From: Harriotta raleighana
Lineage: Eukaryota
Length of the DNA stretch: 64,000 bases
Assembly (NCBI GenBank): GCA_050575255.1
Contig: JBNZDD010013707.1
Location: 2,298,954-2,362,953 of the forward strand
Direction of reading: 5' to 3'
In this document: piece after piece, positions 50,021 through 62,578 of the stretch
Layout: every line of letters starts with the position of its first letter
Numbering within the stretch: position 1 is the stretch's first letter
Program-made: the position numbers and the translations under genes
The notes under the pieces: model-generated
Database searches by the model: none
Told to the model about the DNA's origin: nothing
What the model saw: only the letters and a program-made list of their open reading frames with translations

Positions 50021-50039
50021 TGAGAGAGAGGGAGAGACT

Positions 50040-50860
50040 GCTACATGGTCACAAAGGTAGAGCAGAGAGGGTTATGAAAGATTTGGAAGATGACAAGGAT
50101 CTTGAATTTGATTCACTGGGGATGTGAGCCAGTGGAGTCAAATGAGGATGGGGGTAATAGGCTCACTGTGACTGGTGGAGGAGAAGACATGGGCTCAGGG
50201 TTGTGGATGGTCTGCAGCTTCCTTAGGAACTGAGGAGTTCAGTGAGCTGGGCATCAGAAACATTGAGCCTGGACCTGATGAAGATGATGGTTTAAGCAGC
50301 CTAGAAGTAAAGATAATGTTGAAGGCCTTCCATGTTGTGCATAAACTGTGCATATCTTGATCCATTCCTTCTTCCCTCCCCTACTCTTCTATTTCCCGCT
50401 CCCTCTTGTGAAGGTCGAGCTTCCTCTTGCCACTAATTCAACCCCGCTTCAGACATTGAGTTCCACCCTCTCACCACCATCTGCATGAAGTAGTTCTTCC
50501 TAAATCCTCTTCTAGATTCACTTGTACTTGAGTCATTACAGTTCAGTAAAGTTCAGACAGTTCAGTAAAGAGTGTATAAAACTAGGCTCCACAACTCAGG
50601 TGAAAATTAGCTTGCTTGAATTTCTACTTATTGAATCCAATCTTTTATTTGTGATGCTTGACCTGTGTTACATGGTTGCTGGGCTGCTGAAATGCGTTCT
50701 GAATGTTTATTTTTCTATTAATCTCTTTGTGACGGACTTGAAGGAGGAGAGGAAGGACTTGAAGGAAAGGGCTGAAGCAAAGGGGCTCTGTGATGGAGTT
50801 CCAGAGCGGTGGTGGGGGGGTGAGGGGTTGTGGGTGCAGAAGGCCTTGAAGGTCTAACTG
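50040..50860 (-). mobile_element. Cluster of old L2 and CR1 fragments
   Basis: GGATCTTGAATTTGATTCACTGGGGATGTGAGCCAGTGGAG (antisense L2 HWLP-FKIL region); CR1 TTCCACCCTCTCACCACCATCTG. Confidence 0.6.
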
Positions 50861-53800
50861 CCGATATTGGATCCTGCAGGGCAGGGGATGTAAAACTGAC
50901 CAGTGCCCCTGAGAGAGGGAGTAGGCGGATTGGTTGTTATCGAACTTTAAGGAAAGCATGAAAGCTCTTTATTGAAGAGAATTACTAATGCAGTTTAGTG
51001 TGCAGTCTGTCATGATAATCCTATTCTACTATCATCTTCCTGTATTTTAAATATATTGAATTATTTATCCATTTGCCCCACGATAATTGATTAAAAAAAA
51101 TCTGCAAGCTCAGCGTGTATTTCAATATCAGATGTGTCACGAAAGCTTAAACAATGTCAGCTCAGAGATCTGGTGACAGGATAAATGATCATCAAGCAAA
51201 ATCCAAATTGATGTCTAAAGAATAACGCAGTGAAAAACTGAGTTTACTGTGATCAGACACCATTCTCCTGAGTATCAGTGGATGTACAACAGAAGACAAC
51301 ACCGTAGGATGCATCCTGTGTCAATATTCTCTTTGTGTAGTAGGGTCGACCTACATAGGTTTCTGGAAATTCAGTATATTCTTCCTCAATTCTTTCCCTG
51401 CACTTACATGAGGTGAGCTGCATAGAGAAACGGAAAACGGATCAGTGGGATACGAAGGCCAGTTTAAAGCCCGATCATCCCTTCATTCCCATACTGCACT
51501 TCACACGGTGTCACACTTGTTTTTCTGGAGAAGTAGAAAAGTCTTTATTTATTGAAATTTGCTATCTTCCAAGCTTTCAGATTGTGAGCTTTCAGTTGTA
51601 GAGTTCAGTGTCCTTACAGAATCATCTTGTGATTTTTGTTTGTATCTCTGCTGGATTAACTTGTGGTTAAGATTTCTTAAACCTGCATAGACAAGCAAAC
51701 TGAGAAAGAATGAACATTATAGAACACAGTATCTATCATACCAGGAGATCTGAATCTGTAGCCAAATCCAAGAAGGAACAGTTATCCTCAAGGTCACAAA
51801 GAGAGATGTATCTAGTTGTTAGGCTATGTGCCAATAAAGTCTAATGGTGTACTAATGCTGCTTGAGTGCTACCTCTGCTGAGGCCAACACTAAAAACTTG
51901 GCTACTTCGTTCCAGGTCATTGGCATAGAAATTCGGGATCATCCCATTGTAACACAGTGGTCAGATCCTGAGTTAATGTGATGTATAGAAGAATTGACTA
52001 CTTCTAAGGTGCCATTGTGACCAATATCTGAAATGAATTTGAGGTAGCTGCTGATGTTCATGGCCATGGCATGGCATGACGATAGAGAGTGAATGTCTCA
52101 TGATGCAAGAATATTCATCAAGCATATCATCATTAGTCTGAACTGTTTTCAGTTATTGACAATGTGTTCCCTGTTTCCCTGTTTCCCCTAACTCTTCCCT
52201 GTCTCCCCCTCGGGTCCCGACCTGACTGTTCAGCGCTTTGGGACGTCCTCCCAACATGAAAGGCGCGATACAAGTGTAATTTTGTTGCTGTTGTTGCTGA
52301 CCTTACTACTGGAGGAGTTGACTTTTGGACTGGCACCAGCCAATCATCATCAGCTTTGGCTCATATGTTTCTTGTGTATTCCGATGTTGTGTATTCTTCA
52401 TTTGAGCACCTTACCCTCTGCCACCCTCCAACCTTTCAGCTCCTTAGGACATCCTCCCGATGTCAAAATTACATTTATAGGGGGTCTTTCACGTCGGGTG
52501 GATGTCCCAGAGGGGTCTGCAATTTAATTTTTTTTTATTGTTCTTTGTCATTTCTTGGTTTCTTGACTCTCTTGAGGCCCATTTCAAAACCTTCCTATTT
52601 GACTCTTCCTTTAGTCATCCTCCAACTCCTGCTGTCTTCTACCTCTCTTGATTCCAACCCCAGTTTGTATGCAAACCTTGAACTATCTAGTGCCTTAGTT
52701 GTCCTCCTGACTTGAAAGGCACTATATAAATGGCACTATATATAAGGAGTGTGAGGTGAGATTCATAATATCGCTTCCCAGGCTAAACCCATTGTGTTCA
52801 GTGCCCATTTGTCTCCGGTCTTTCAAATTCTTATGGTGGTTCTGACTTAATCCTGCATTTGTATATTCCATGTGGCCCAAGTCTCCACATTTTCTGTTTG
52901 CATCTCATTTATGATTTGTTTCACAAGCACAGTCTGGAGTTTTCTGATTTAATGTGTGCTGTTGGCCTCTGCCAAATGGATAAACTTCAGTTTCCAGTTA
53001 CTGAGTGGCTGCTCTGTACTTTTCTGTGCACTTATAATGTGTGAATAATCTAAAACCTATCATTAGATTATATCAAGTGAAGTGATTATTATTTTCCCAG
53101 ATTTCCAGTGTTATCAAAAGTTTTTTTTAAAAAAAGGAGAAATTGTATGTTAATCACAATTTGTAGTTTTTTCCTCAGTGAATGTTTCACTCAGCTGTGT
53201 AATCAAAACTACCACAAGTTGGCTATACAGTATATGTTTTTGTTGAAAGTATCATGAAGTGGATGTTGATGGCTGTGTGTGTGCTTGAGGCATTGCAAAG
53301 AATCACAATGTAGTACATTTACCACCAAGTAACACTGAGGTCAAACGCTTACTCCTGAAACATTTGTGTGCGTGAACTGATTCATACACTGACTTCTAAG
53401 AGTGATCTGTCTCTCGTACAGTGATTGGATTTAAAGTGCCCAAAAGGACTCCCATTCTTAATTTGCAGCAAAGTATCAACTGGGCTTGCCTCAGCAGTTG
53501 ATCGAACATTTATGGATTAACCATGGGAATGTTCAAAAAAGAAATCATTTGAACACGGAAACCGCTATGATGGATGACATTGTTACCTGTGTGTGCAATA
53601 AGTGCAGGATTTGAGTTTGAAATGTGCAATGTGATCACTGAATTATATTTAGATCAAATCAATTAGTTACCGATCCTCATCAGCATTTGTACCATGCAAC
53701 TTTGCAACCGTTCCAACTTTCAAAAGCCGCAAAATAACTTTGAAGCGGATTGCTGGAAGTTTAGTCACAGTCATAAAAGTCTAACTATGGAACTAGAGAA

Positions 53801-53905
53801 CCACAGTAAAATAGCCAATTGTAATAAAGCAACAAAGGACATAACACCATTCAGCCATCAAGCTTACTTTGCCATACACCTACAACATACACAGACACCA
53901 CACTT

Positions 53906-54230
53906 ATAATAATAATAATAATAATAATCCTTGCATTTGATATAGCGCTTTTCACATCTTATCGACGTCCCAAAGCGCTTCACAGAATATACTGTAAAGT
54001 GAAATGACTGAGTATTTGTAGGCGGAATGCGGCAGCCAATTGCGCACAGCAGTGTCCCACAAACAGTCATGGATTGAAATGACCAATTTTATTATTGTGT
54101 TTTTTTTTTGAGGGATTATTATTAGGCATGTGGAGTAAGGAAACTTGCCCAAGGTTTCGTCCTGATCTGCCTGGATTCAAACACAGGTCTCATGCTTGTA
54201 AGGCGAGTGCTCTAACCACTAAGCCACAGG
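53906..54230 (-). mobile_element. tRNA-derived SINE, short form, full length, low divergence
   Basis: (TAA)n tail, complete body, and head ending CTAACCACTAAGCCACAGG. Confidence 0.9.
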
Positions 54231-54299
54231 AGCTCCACTTGACAGTAAATCCCACGTACACTTTGAGACATCTTCAATTATACAGCATTGTTAATGTAC

Positions 54300-54740
54300 A
54301 ACAAACAACAACAGCAACATTACATTTATAGAGTAATGTAGGGAGAACATCTCATAGCAGTTCACAAAGATTGAGTAGGAACCTGAGCTGGAAGGGAGAT
54401 CCAGGGGGAGATGGCCAAAGGGCACAGTCAAATGTATAATTTTGAATGCAGAAAGAAGCTTACCTTCTGATGGTGGGTTGTGTAGGGGGCCAGAATCAGG
54501 CCAGAGTTGGTAGAGCAAAGCAAGTCATTGGGGAGGAAGGAGATTATAATAATAAAAATGGCAGGAGATTGTAGAACACAGGGTGGGAACACAGCCATGG
54601 AAATATTTGAAGGTAAAGGCAAAAATCTTAGCCATTGGGAGAATAAGGTGTCCAATGGAGCTGGATGAGGATGATGAGTGCCAAATACAGGAGTTCAGTG
54701 GAGGGCTGCTGTGGAGTTGTGTGGTGGTCTGGAGCTTGTG
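54300..54740 (-). mobile_element. Old L2 fragment
   Basis: AAC tail and degenerate antisense ORF2 end. Confidence 0.55.
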
Positions 54741-55084
54741 GAGAAAACCTTTTCGGATTTTAACTCCAAGCTTTTCTTGCTGCAAATGTTCATCAAGTAT
54801 AAAGAAAGTGGATTTCTACTCCCAGTTGCACCTTGAAGTGAAAAATATCATGTACTGTATGGATCTTAGCTACAGAGTTAGAGATTATCAGTCTGATACT
54901 TGGTGGTGGGCTAACAGGAATCTCTTGCCAATGACTGTTGGAAGATATCATAGAAATTTCAACACAGATCTGGGCACTGCCTGGAAGATTCCCCCATTGG
55001 AGTTAAACAATTGCGGTAGATTTACATTACCCGTTACATTAATTTAGTGGAATCTGGGGTGTAACATGTGAGAGCTTGTTTTCA

Positions 55085-55590
55085 TAGGAACACAAGTAGC
55101 TCATTCAGCTCCTTAAACTCGTTAAGACCCTCAAGCCCATTCTACCAATGGATAAGATCATGACTGATCTTCACCTCAAATCCATTCACTCGCCTTTTCT
55201 CCAAATCTGTTGATAGCCTTACCTAACAAATATCGATCGACCTCGGTCTCCAAAGGCTCTTGGGGGAGAGAATTCCAGATTTCACTACCCTTTGTGTGTG
55301 AATAAATACTTTATGTTTTGAAATGGCCTATCTCTAATTTCATGATTATACTCCTTTGTTTCAGGCTTCCCTAACAGAGGAAATAGTTTCTCTGTATCAA
55401 CCCTATTGAAACTCATTATCATTTTAAACCCCTCAATTAAATCACCCTTTAAGGAATACAAATCAAGTTTAGGCAACCCATGCTCATAATTTAACCCAAT
55501 CATCCCCAGTATCATTCTATCACCTCACCTAGGCCAATATATCCCTCCTGACATGCGTGCCTAAAACTGAATACAGTATTCCAGTTGCTT
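55085..55590 (-). mobile_element. CR1 3' fragment
   Basis: Track ORF 55285-55515 (GLNYEHGLPKLDLYSLKGDLIEGFKMIMSFNRVDTEKLFPL) is a degenerate CR1 ORF2 C-terminus. Confidence 0.85.
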
Positions 55591-57971
55591 TTGTGTTCAA
55601 TTCAGATTTTTGCAGCAGGTGAGAATGATCTGTATAAGAGTTGTACAATAAACAGAACTCTAGTCTGTGCTGTGCTCAAGTCACAAATGTCTTTACAAAC
55701 CGATCGGAGACTATAGTTCTCTTTTATAAACAGCTCAGCAGTTTTGTGGTATGATGATGAGATGACATGGTAGAAGTACAATGAGTATCATTGCCCCACT
55801 ATGTGGCATCTGCAAAAGGTGAGGTTGTGTGTGAAACTAAGCTGTCTTGTGCTGAGCAGTACTCAATAAGCATGAAGGATGGTGTGAGTTTAAGCAAGTG
55901 TCATCTACTTCTGCAGAGGATGGGCTGTCATAATCAAGTGAGTGAGATAGAAGAGGATTTTGTGGGGAAAATTGGAGTCTAATCTTTATATTTTTCTTAA
56001 CAGAATTCCTCAAAGGATTATAGATCACGTTGACTCTCAGGGACTCGTCCCTGACGCAATCTATTGCCAGAAGGCAGATTCCAAGATTCGGCAGAAATCC
56101 CATATTATGAAATAGTTTCTTATGAAATAACAACAACAACAACAACAACTTCAATTTATATGGCGCCCTCCACACCGGATGGCATCTCAGAGTGTTTCAA
56201 TACATTGAATTTGTTTGACCCCAAACAATTTGGTTCCAAATCTCTATTTCAGGGAACGACTTTGCTGTCGCAGGACCCTTCGTGCTCAGTATGGTGTTTT
56301 TCTCCTTCATTGCCCAGCAATGAGTGCATATTGTGTTATATTGGGGGAAAAAGCACCTACTATCCCTTAGTTCAGCGAACATGCACTCCATAATCAACAA
56401 ACAGGCTTTCAGACACTGTCTCTACTCTCTAGAATCCATTCCAGAGCCCCTCCGACTCTTGCCTCCCTGTTATCAAAGCAATTCTCAAAACATACTTCTT
56501 TGGCTGTGCTTCTGCCTTCCCCCGCTCCACCAACTTGGGTGTCCATCCGATGCTGTGAAACACTTTGAGACATCCTCCCAAAGTGAAAGGTGCAATATAA
56601 ATGTAGAATGTTGTTGTGTTTTACCGGCTATAACACAACATAAAACACACTTGTCACCTTCAATTTGCTCATGGTTCTGACCTTATTATATCATATTATT
56701 ACACTGATTTTATTTGGACATAACAAGTAATGCATCATATTGTATTGATACGCAATACAGAAGCCTTGGAATACAGATGTCCATTTTTCCCAGATGAAAC
56801 CCAAGCCGTTGAGCTCATTAAACTGAAACAATTCTATGTGATAAAGTCAAAAAGATTATAACAACAACAGTAATTGCATTTATATAATACGCTTCACATT
56901 GGGAGGATGTCTAAAGTGCTGGGATTAAAATAGAGCAAGCGAATGAGCGGAAATTTCAAATTATTCCAATTTGGATCTCTGCGGTGGTTTATCTTCTCTA
57001 GATAACTTTGCTTGAAGACTGACCTCCTGTCTGGTTAATCAATCAATTGTTGCTGAAAACAGCATATACAGTTAGCTTGCCTTCTTTCACTCCTGTTGTT
57101 TTCTAAAGATGCTTACACAGTGATCACTGTCATGGGAAGGGAGGAGGTGAAACAAAACAATTAAACCATAAAACTCTTTGGTTTTTAGTTTCACATATTT
57201 GCCCACAAAATACACAGCACACTACAGTATATCCTGTCAAGTACTTTGAGACGTCTCCATGATGTGATAAGACCTATATGAACTGCAAGGATTATTATTT
57301 GGGATCTCAATGGGAGTCACTAAAGTGGGGAGGCTAGCGTGCAGAAAGGAGAGGTGATGTCCATTAGCTAATACCACCAATGAGGAACTGGCCTTAAAAG
57401 TGAAGTAAAGATAAAAGAGAAACGGCATGGGAGGTGCAGTGAAGTTGGATGCCCTCTAAGTAAAAACAGTGGTTGAAGCAGAATCCATAATAACTTTTTA
57501 AATAATTAAATAAATATTTGAAAAGACCAACATTAAGGGGCATGGGCCAAAGACAGACTAAATTGATAGCTCTACCAGTCAGGCTGGCATGGGAACGTTG
57601 GGCCGAATGGCATCTTCTGGCTGAAACATTCTCTGATTGTGTGGAACAAAGAGATGAGAAGATGCAATGGTGCTGGCATCTTGGTGAAGAAAGGGCATCA
57701 GACAGTGCACTGCCCACCTGTGTTGTCTGTTAGATGTCCTTTACCACAATCAGCAGTTGTTTCTACATCACCCTACTAATGGGAAGAGCTGCTAGGAGAA
57801 AGTCTTTAAAAATTGATGCAGTCTTCATGTATGGATGAATGTTAATCTAGAGTTAGACTTCCAGTGTAAATTGCATGATAAGGGATTTTCTCACTGCAAG
57901 TGAAGATCGTTTGTTTACAAAGCGCTGACTTTGTCCATGAAACAGGAATGGCCTAAACCTAGTTCCTAATA

Positions 57972-58391
57972 CAGTAAAAGCTTGTTTATCCAGCACGCTT
58001 GGGTCCTGACCAGTGCCGATTAATTAAATATGCCGGATATTCGAGCGGCAAGTTGCTGAAAATCCTACACAAAAAATGAACTTATTTTAAAACATACCAT
58101 ATTAATACTGTAATAGACTAAATAATAACAAAATATTGCATGGATACTTACCAATAAAGCATTCCAGCACACTTGGTAAAATGATCGGTGAAATAAAAAT
58201 TCCAGCGTTTGTTAAGATTAATAAGTGTGCATGCGCATGCATTGACGCATTCGCAAAATGAACATACTCACGAGTATCCCCGATGGCTCCGGTATGAGAT
58301 CTGTTTGCTGGAATGGTGAATTGTATTGGGAGGTACCGGTTAGGGTTGAGCGTTCCGGTTGGTTGGGTGCCGGATAATCAAGCTTTTATTG
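57972..58391 (+). mobile_element. pogo/Tigger-like MITE related to family B, 420 bp
   Basis: TA|CAGTAAAAGCTTGTTTATCCAGCAC...GTGCCGGATAATCAAGCTTTTATTG|TA. Confidence 0.85.
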
Positions 58392-58404
58392 TATATTGTT
58401 TATA

Positions 58405-58720
58405 GAGGAATGGAAGCATTCTGTTCCTTCACAAGATTGGTCTGCATAAAGAAGGCCCTTCAGCTATCAGATTTCATCCCACCAGAATACCCACCATCTC
58501 CCCCATCACTACATCATGGGGGATTTACACTCTTAAAAACTGCTTTTTAAGAGAGTCCACCTTTGGTCTCTACCACCATCTTTCTTGATTACCCTCTGTG
58601 TAAAGACAAACTTACTGGTATCTGTCATGAATTTGCCCTTTACAGCCTAAACCCATGTCCCTTGTTTTATTGTCCTGATGCATCCCAAAATATTGATCTA
58701 GGATTACTGTAATCCATAGA
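58405..58720 (-). mobile_element. Degraded CR1 3' fragment
   Basis: GAAGGCCCTTCAGC..., ACCCTCTGTGTAAAG...AACCCATGTCCCTTG. Confidence 0.55.
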
Positions 58721-59260
58721 AACGTTTATATCTGTTTTTGAATATTACTGTTTTGGGCTCAGTCTGTGTTTCTGAATATAATGTGGGGTCTGTTTCTCTG
58801 ATATTACCAGCACCCAGTCTATACCTTTATTTTGAATACTGTTCAGGATTGTAAATTATATGTTATCATTTTCAAAGTACTAAGTGGCATAAACTGATCT
58901 GAGCATATTTTATTGCTGCACTCTGTTGGTTTTATGACGTGCAGGCAAATAATCAATGGGCTCAAAATAGCTAACCTGGTGTTAATTTGTCCATGAAAGC
59001 TTCTCGCTTCAATTTAAATCAATTCCTCTAGAATGGCCACTGTGCTCAATATTACTTGTGTAAGTTTAAAAAAAACTTAACATCGTGTATGTGAAATATT
59101 TCTGCACGTTATCTTATTAACTTCCTGGTTATATTAAACTTTGGATAGCATTCTGAAAGTTTCATCTCTTAATACCTTTTACAAGCTAACCTATAGTTGA
59201 ACATATAATCCCCAGTCAGTTCCACATTTGACCTTCTTTCTTTCATTCTTTCTCCTTCAG

Positions 59261-59358
59261 CTGATATAATTTCTACCGTAGAGTTCAACCACACTGGAGA
59301 GTTGCTGGCTACAGGGGACAAGGGGGGTCGAGTTGTTATCTTCCAGCGAGAGCAAGAG
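59261..59358 (+). CDS. PPP2R2C: PP2A regulatory subunit B55 family exon (first shared WD40 exon), most likely B55-gamma
   Basis: Acceptor ctttctccttcag|CT, donor GAG|gtgggt; 98 bp, phase 1 to 0. Translates (A)[32 protein letters not shown], the conserved B55 N-terminal WD segment. Confidence 0.95.
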
Positions 59359-59777
59359 GTGGGTGTCAATGAAATGTAACCCTGCATGTCAACCTGACTG
59401 TCAAGACTTGTAACTTTGGGAGGAGGTATTGGATTAATTGGCAGAATGTGTGCTTGTCTATTATACTCAGGTTTTTTGTTGACTTGTCAAAAGACAGGTT
59501 CAGATCAACAGCAATTACTATTTACTATTACGTTATAGCGCCTTCCATGTCACACTCTCCGAAATTGTGTGGGGGAAGAAAGATCTGAGTTGGGAGCAAT
59601 GTTGGAAGAAAGGATAGATCTTAAGGTGGTTTTTGAAGGTGGAGAAAGGGGACAGAATGGTTGAAAGTTCGCCTACCAGTGTTAAATTTTGTGTCACAGA
59701 TGGTTTTTCTTGGGGTTGGGTAAAAAAAACACACTGGGTATGCTCTGCTTTGAAACTAGCGTTTTTTTTAATCATAG

Positions 59778-59943
59778 ACAAAAAAACAGCCTCACCAGCA
59801 GGGTGAGTACAATGTTTACAGCACCTTCCAGAGTCATGAGCCCGAGTTCGATTACCTGAAAAGTCTGGAAATAGAAGAAAAGATCAATAAGATCCGATGG
59901 CTCCCTCAGCAGAATGCAGCTCACTTCCTCCTTTCAACCAACG
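59778..59943 (+). CDS. PPP2R2C: PP2A B55 family exon
   Basis: Acceptor ttttaatcatag|ACA, donor ACG|gtaagt; 166 bp, phase 0 to 1. Translates [55 protein letters not shown](D), containing the B55 signature [21 protein letters not shown]. Confidence 0.96.
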
Positions 59944-59974
59944 GTAAGTACACAGCCAGGCTATTGTAGAGGAT

Positions 59975-60320
59975 CGTGTACTCTCCCGCACTGTGCTCTA
60001 GGACCACATCACTCTCATCCTCACCTATCTCCAGTGGCTCCCCATCTTCCAGAGAGTCGAATTTAAGATCCTTGTCTTCACTTTCAAGGCCATTCACGGC
60101 TTTGCTCCCACTTATCTCTCGCTCTGGAACTCCATCCTGCAATCCCTTCGCTTCGCTTCCTCCCTTTCCTCCTTTTAAGGCCGATCTCAAGACCTGCCTC
60201 TTTGATCATGCATTCTGCTCCCCTCCTAACTCTCCCCGCCCCACCCTCCTTTCCCCCTGACTGAACTGAGACATTTCATGAAAGGCGCTCTCTAAGTGTA
60301 ATTTTGCTGTTGTTCTTGTC
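59975..60320 (+). mobile_element. L2 3' fragment inside a B55 intron
   Basis: Reads DHITLILTYLQWLPIFQRVEFKILVFTFKAIHGFAPTYLS (L2 ORF2 C-terminal motif), followed by the family tail. Confidence 0.88.
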
Positions 60321-60425
60321 GTCGTATTTCATGTGATGGCCGTTATATAAATGCAAGTTGTTGGCATTGGTATCTTGTCTATTGCTCTTTTCGTGATGTG
60401 CTTGATGTCCTCTTAATTCTTTTAG

Positions 60426-60538
60426 ATAAAACTATTAAATTATGGAAGGTCAGTGAAAGGGATAAGAGGCCAGAAGGTTATAACCTCAAAGATGAAGAAG
60501 GCAGACTCAAGGACCTATCTACAGTTACAGTACTGCAG
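60426..60538 (+). CDS. PPP2R2C: PP2A B55 family exon; gene continues beyond the window
   Basis: Acceptor ttaattcttttag|AT, donor CAG|gtaagc; 113 bp, phase 1 to 0. Translates (D)[47 protein letters not shown] matches B55-gamma ([11 protein letters not shown]) rather than alpha/beta/delta (RDPxxxTxLR). Family is certain; paralogue call about 0.75. Confidence 0.95.
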
Positions 60539-60656
60539 GTAAGCACAACTCCTAATAATTGAGACATCAGTCCATGTTGGGGGACCTTCCCACTCAGCTC
60601 CTGCAAATCCTGCCCAAACCACAATCTGTAGGGTAGTACAAGCCAGATAGGAAATA

Positions 60657-60711
60657 TGGGACGTCCTCCTGACGTGAAAAGTGCTATACAAGTGTAATTT
60701 TGTTGTTGTTG
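60657..60711 (+). mobile_element. Minimal L2 tail insertion
   Basis: TGGGACGTCCTCCTGACGTGAAAAGTGCTATACAAGTGTAATTTTGTTGTTGTTG. Confidence 0.8.
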
Positions 60712-62382
60712 GTAAACTGAATGGCTCTAACTGGTTAAACTCCAAGTTACCCAACGGACAAATTGGGGTCCCTAGGCTTTGGTTCTCCTTTGCTAAACTG
60801 TCCCTGAACTCTCTTGGATTTGGTTACCACAGTGTTCTCCTCTGATGAGAGAATATGACTCCACACCAGATGAACGGAAACTGTACAAATGAGGAACTCT
60901 CAGTAATTTTGTTTGGAGACTCTTAAGTATGGTGATAGAGTTCCATGTGAGTCATGACAGTTGAAGGTGATGCTGCTTAGATCATTGCAGGACATTAGGC
61001 AGTGCAAAGTACACGCTCGTTGCTCGTAAATCAACAGAAGCACTTTAAGACAAATTCCCAGTTTAAAAGGTGCAAATGCAAGGATCACTAAAACAGTGCA
61101 TTTCAAACCTGGCTTTATGTATGTAAGCATGGCAAAAGTCATGTTTTTGATGATGTTTGTTCCTTTTTCAAAGTAACTGTCATTAAACTACCAATACCAC
61201 TGCATGTTGGCTGCTACATTCTTCCACAAAATAGTCAGTCATACCATGTACAGTACATCCTTTACAGTATATCTTGTGAAATGCTTTGAGATATCCCGAC
61301 GATATGATAAGATACTGTATTAAATGCAAAGTTTATTATATACATTATGTAACCTCTTGTGCACAATTTGATGTTTTAACTCTATTTAGAGGAGCAGATG
61401 AAAAGCCTTTACAGGACAGGTTGTTGATCTCAGTCAGCATGTGTGGGAGTCTCTGAGCTGTCTGCTCCATTCTCATTCCTCCTGCTTGTCAGACCAGACT
61501 TGACAAGTTCAACAAGCTGCTACTAATTGTGTCTATGTTGGAGCACAAGGGTGAAGGGGACTGGGATAGAGCAATGCCCCATTAATGAGAACCGGCCAGC
61601 GAAAGCTTAGCAGCTGAACATTACAGATGTTAAATGTGCCCGTGCCTGCTATCGGGTGTATTATTCTTATTTGTTACATTTATTGCCAGACACAAATGGA
61701 CCTCTCGAGCCCAACCCACGATAAAAAATGTCAGTTTTCACAACGTTCAATATGGAAGAACCATTTTTGGAGTTGGAGTTTATTTTATAATCAATAATCA
61801 GAGCCAGTAATGCTTTGTCCATATGCAAATCTTCATAGAAATGTTCAACACAGTGGGAGTCTATTTGACTGATGGTTATAACATTGTGGTCTGAGTTCAG
61901 TATCTCAGTTGCCCTTTATAACAACATGTGAAATGGGCTGACTTCTGGAATGGCAGATGCAGGTGTTGCCACTTCATGCACACAATTGGCCCAAACTGTT
62001 TCTTCACAACAACAAATTATAATAATCCTTCCATTTCATATAATGCTTTATCACATCTTTGAAACATCTCAAAGCCCATTTATCCAGCAGGGCCCCATTA
62101 TAATACTAACCCCATGGTTGTCCTTAACATCCCAACTAGGACTATAATAGGATATAAGCACTTCTCCACTCACAGTCCATGAGCACAGTTCTGCAGTACT
62201 CTGACCCACACTAAATTCCAGGTCATCAGGTCATGGTCGACGTGACTTCTTATCCACTTCCCGCAGCATTCACTTCATGAAGTGGGCCATTTTTTAGGAT
62301 TATCCTATCCTGTAATCCCTGTTGATTTTCTCCACTCCTGTTGGATTCTTTTAGCGGGGAAATATTGGGGTTCACACCCATT

Positions 62383-62578
62383 ATAATAATAATCCTTGCA
62401 TTTGATATGGGGCTTTTCAGGTTTTCTAGACATCTCATTGCGCTTCCCAGAATATACCGTAAAGTGAATTGACTGTATATTTGTGGGTGAAACACAGAAG
62501 CCAATTGAGCACAGCAGTGTCCCACAAACAGTCGTGGATTGAAATGACCATTTTTTTTGAGGGATTATTATCAGGTGC
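62383..62578 (-). mobile_element. tRNA-derived SINE, 5'-truncated
   Basis: Body and tail match 53906-54130. Confidence 0.85.

Noticed and set aside
54583-55047. 154-aa ORF
   Set aside because: Partly antisense to an L2 relic; no domain similarity.
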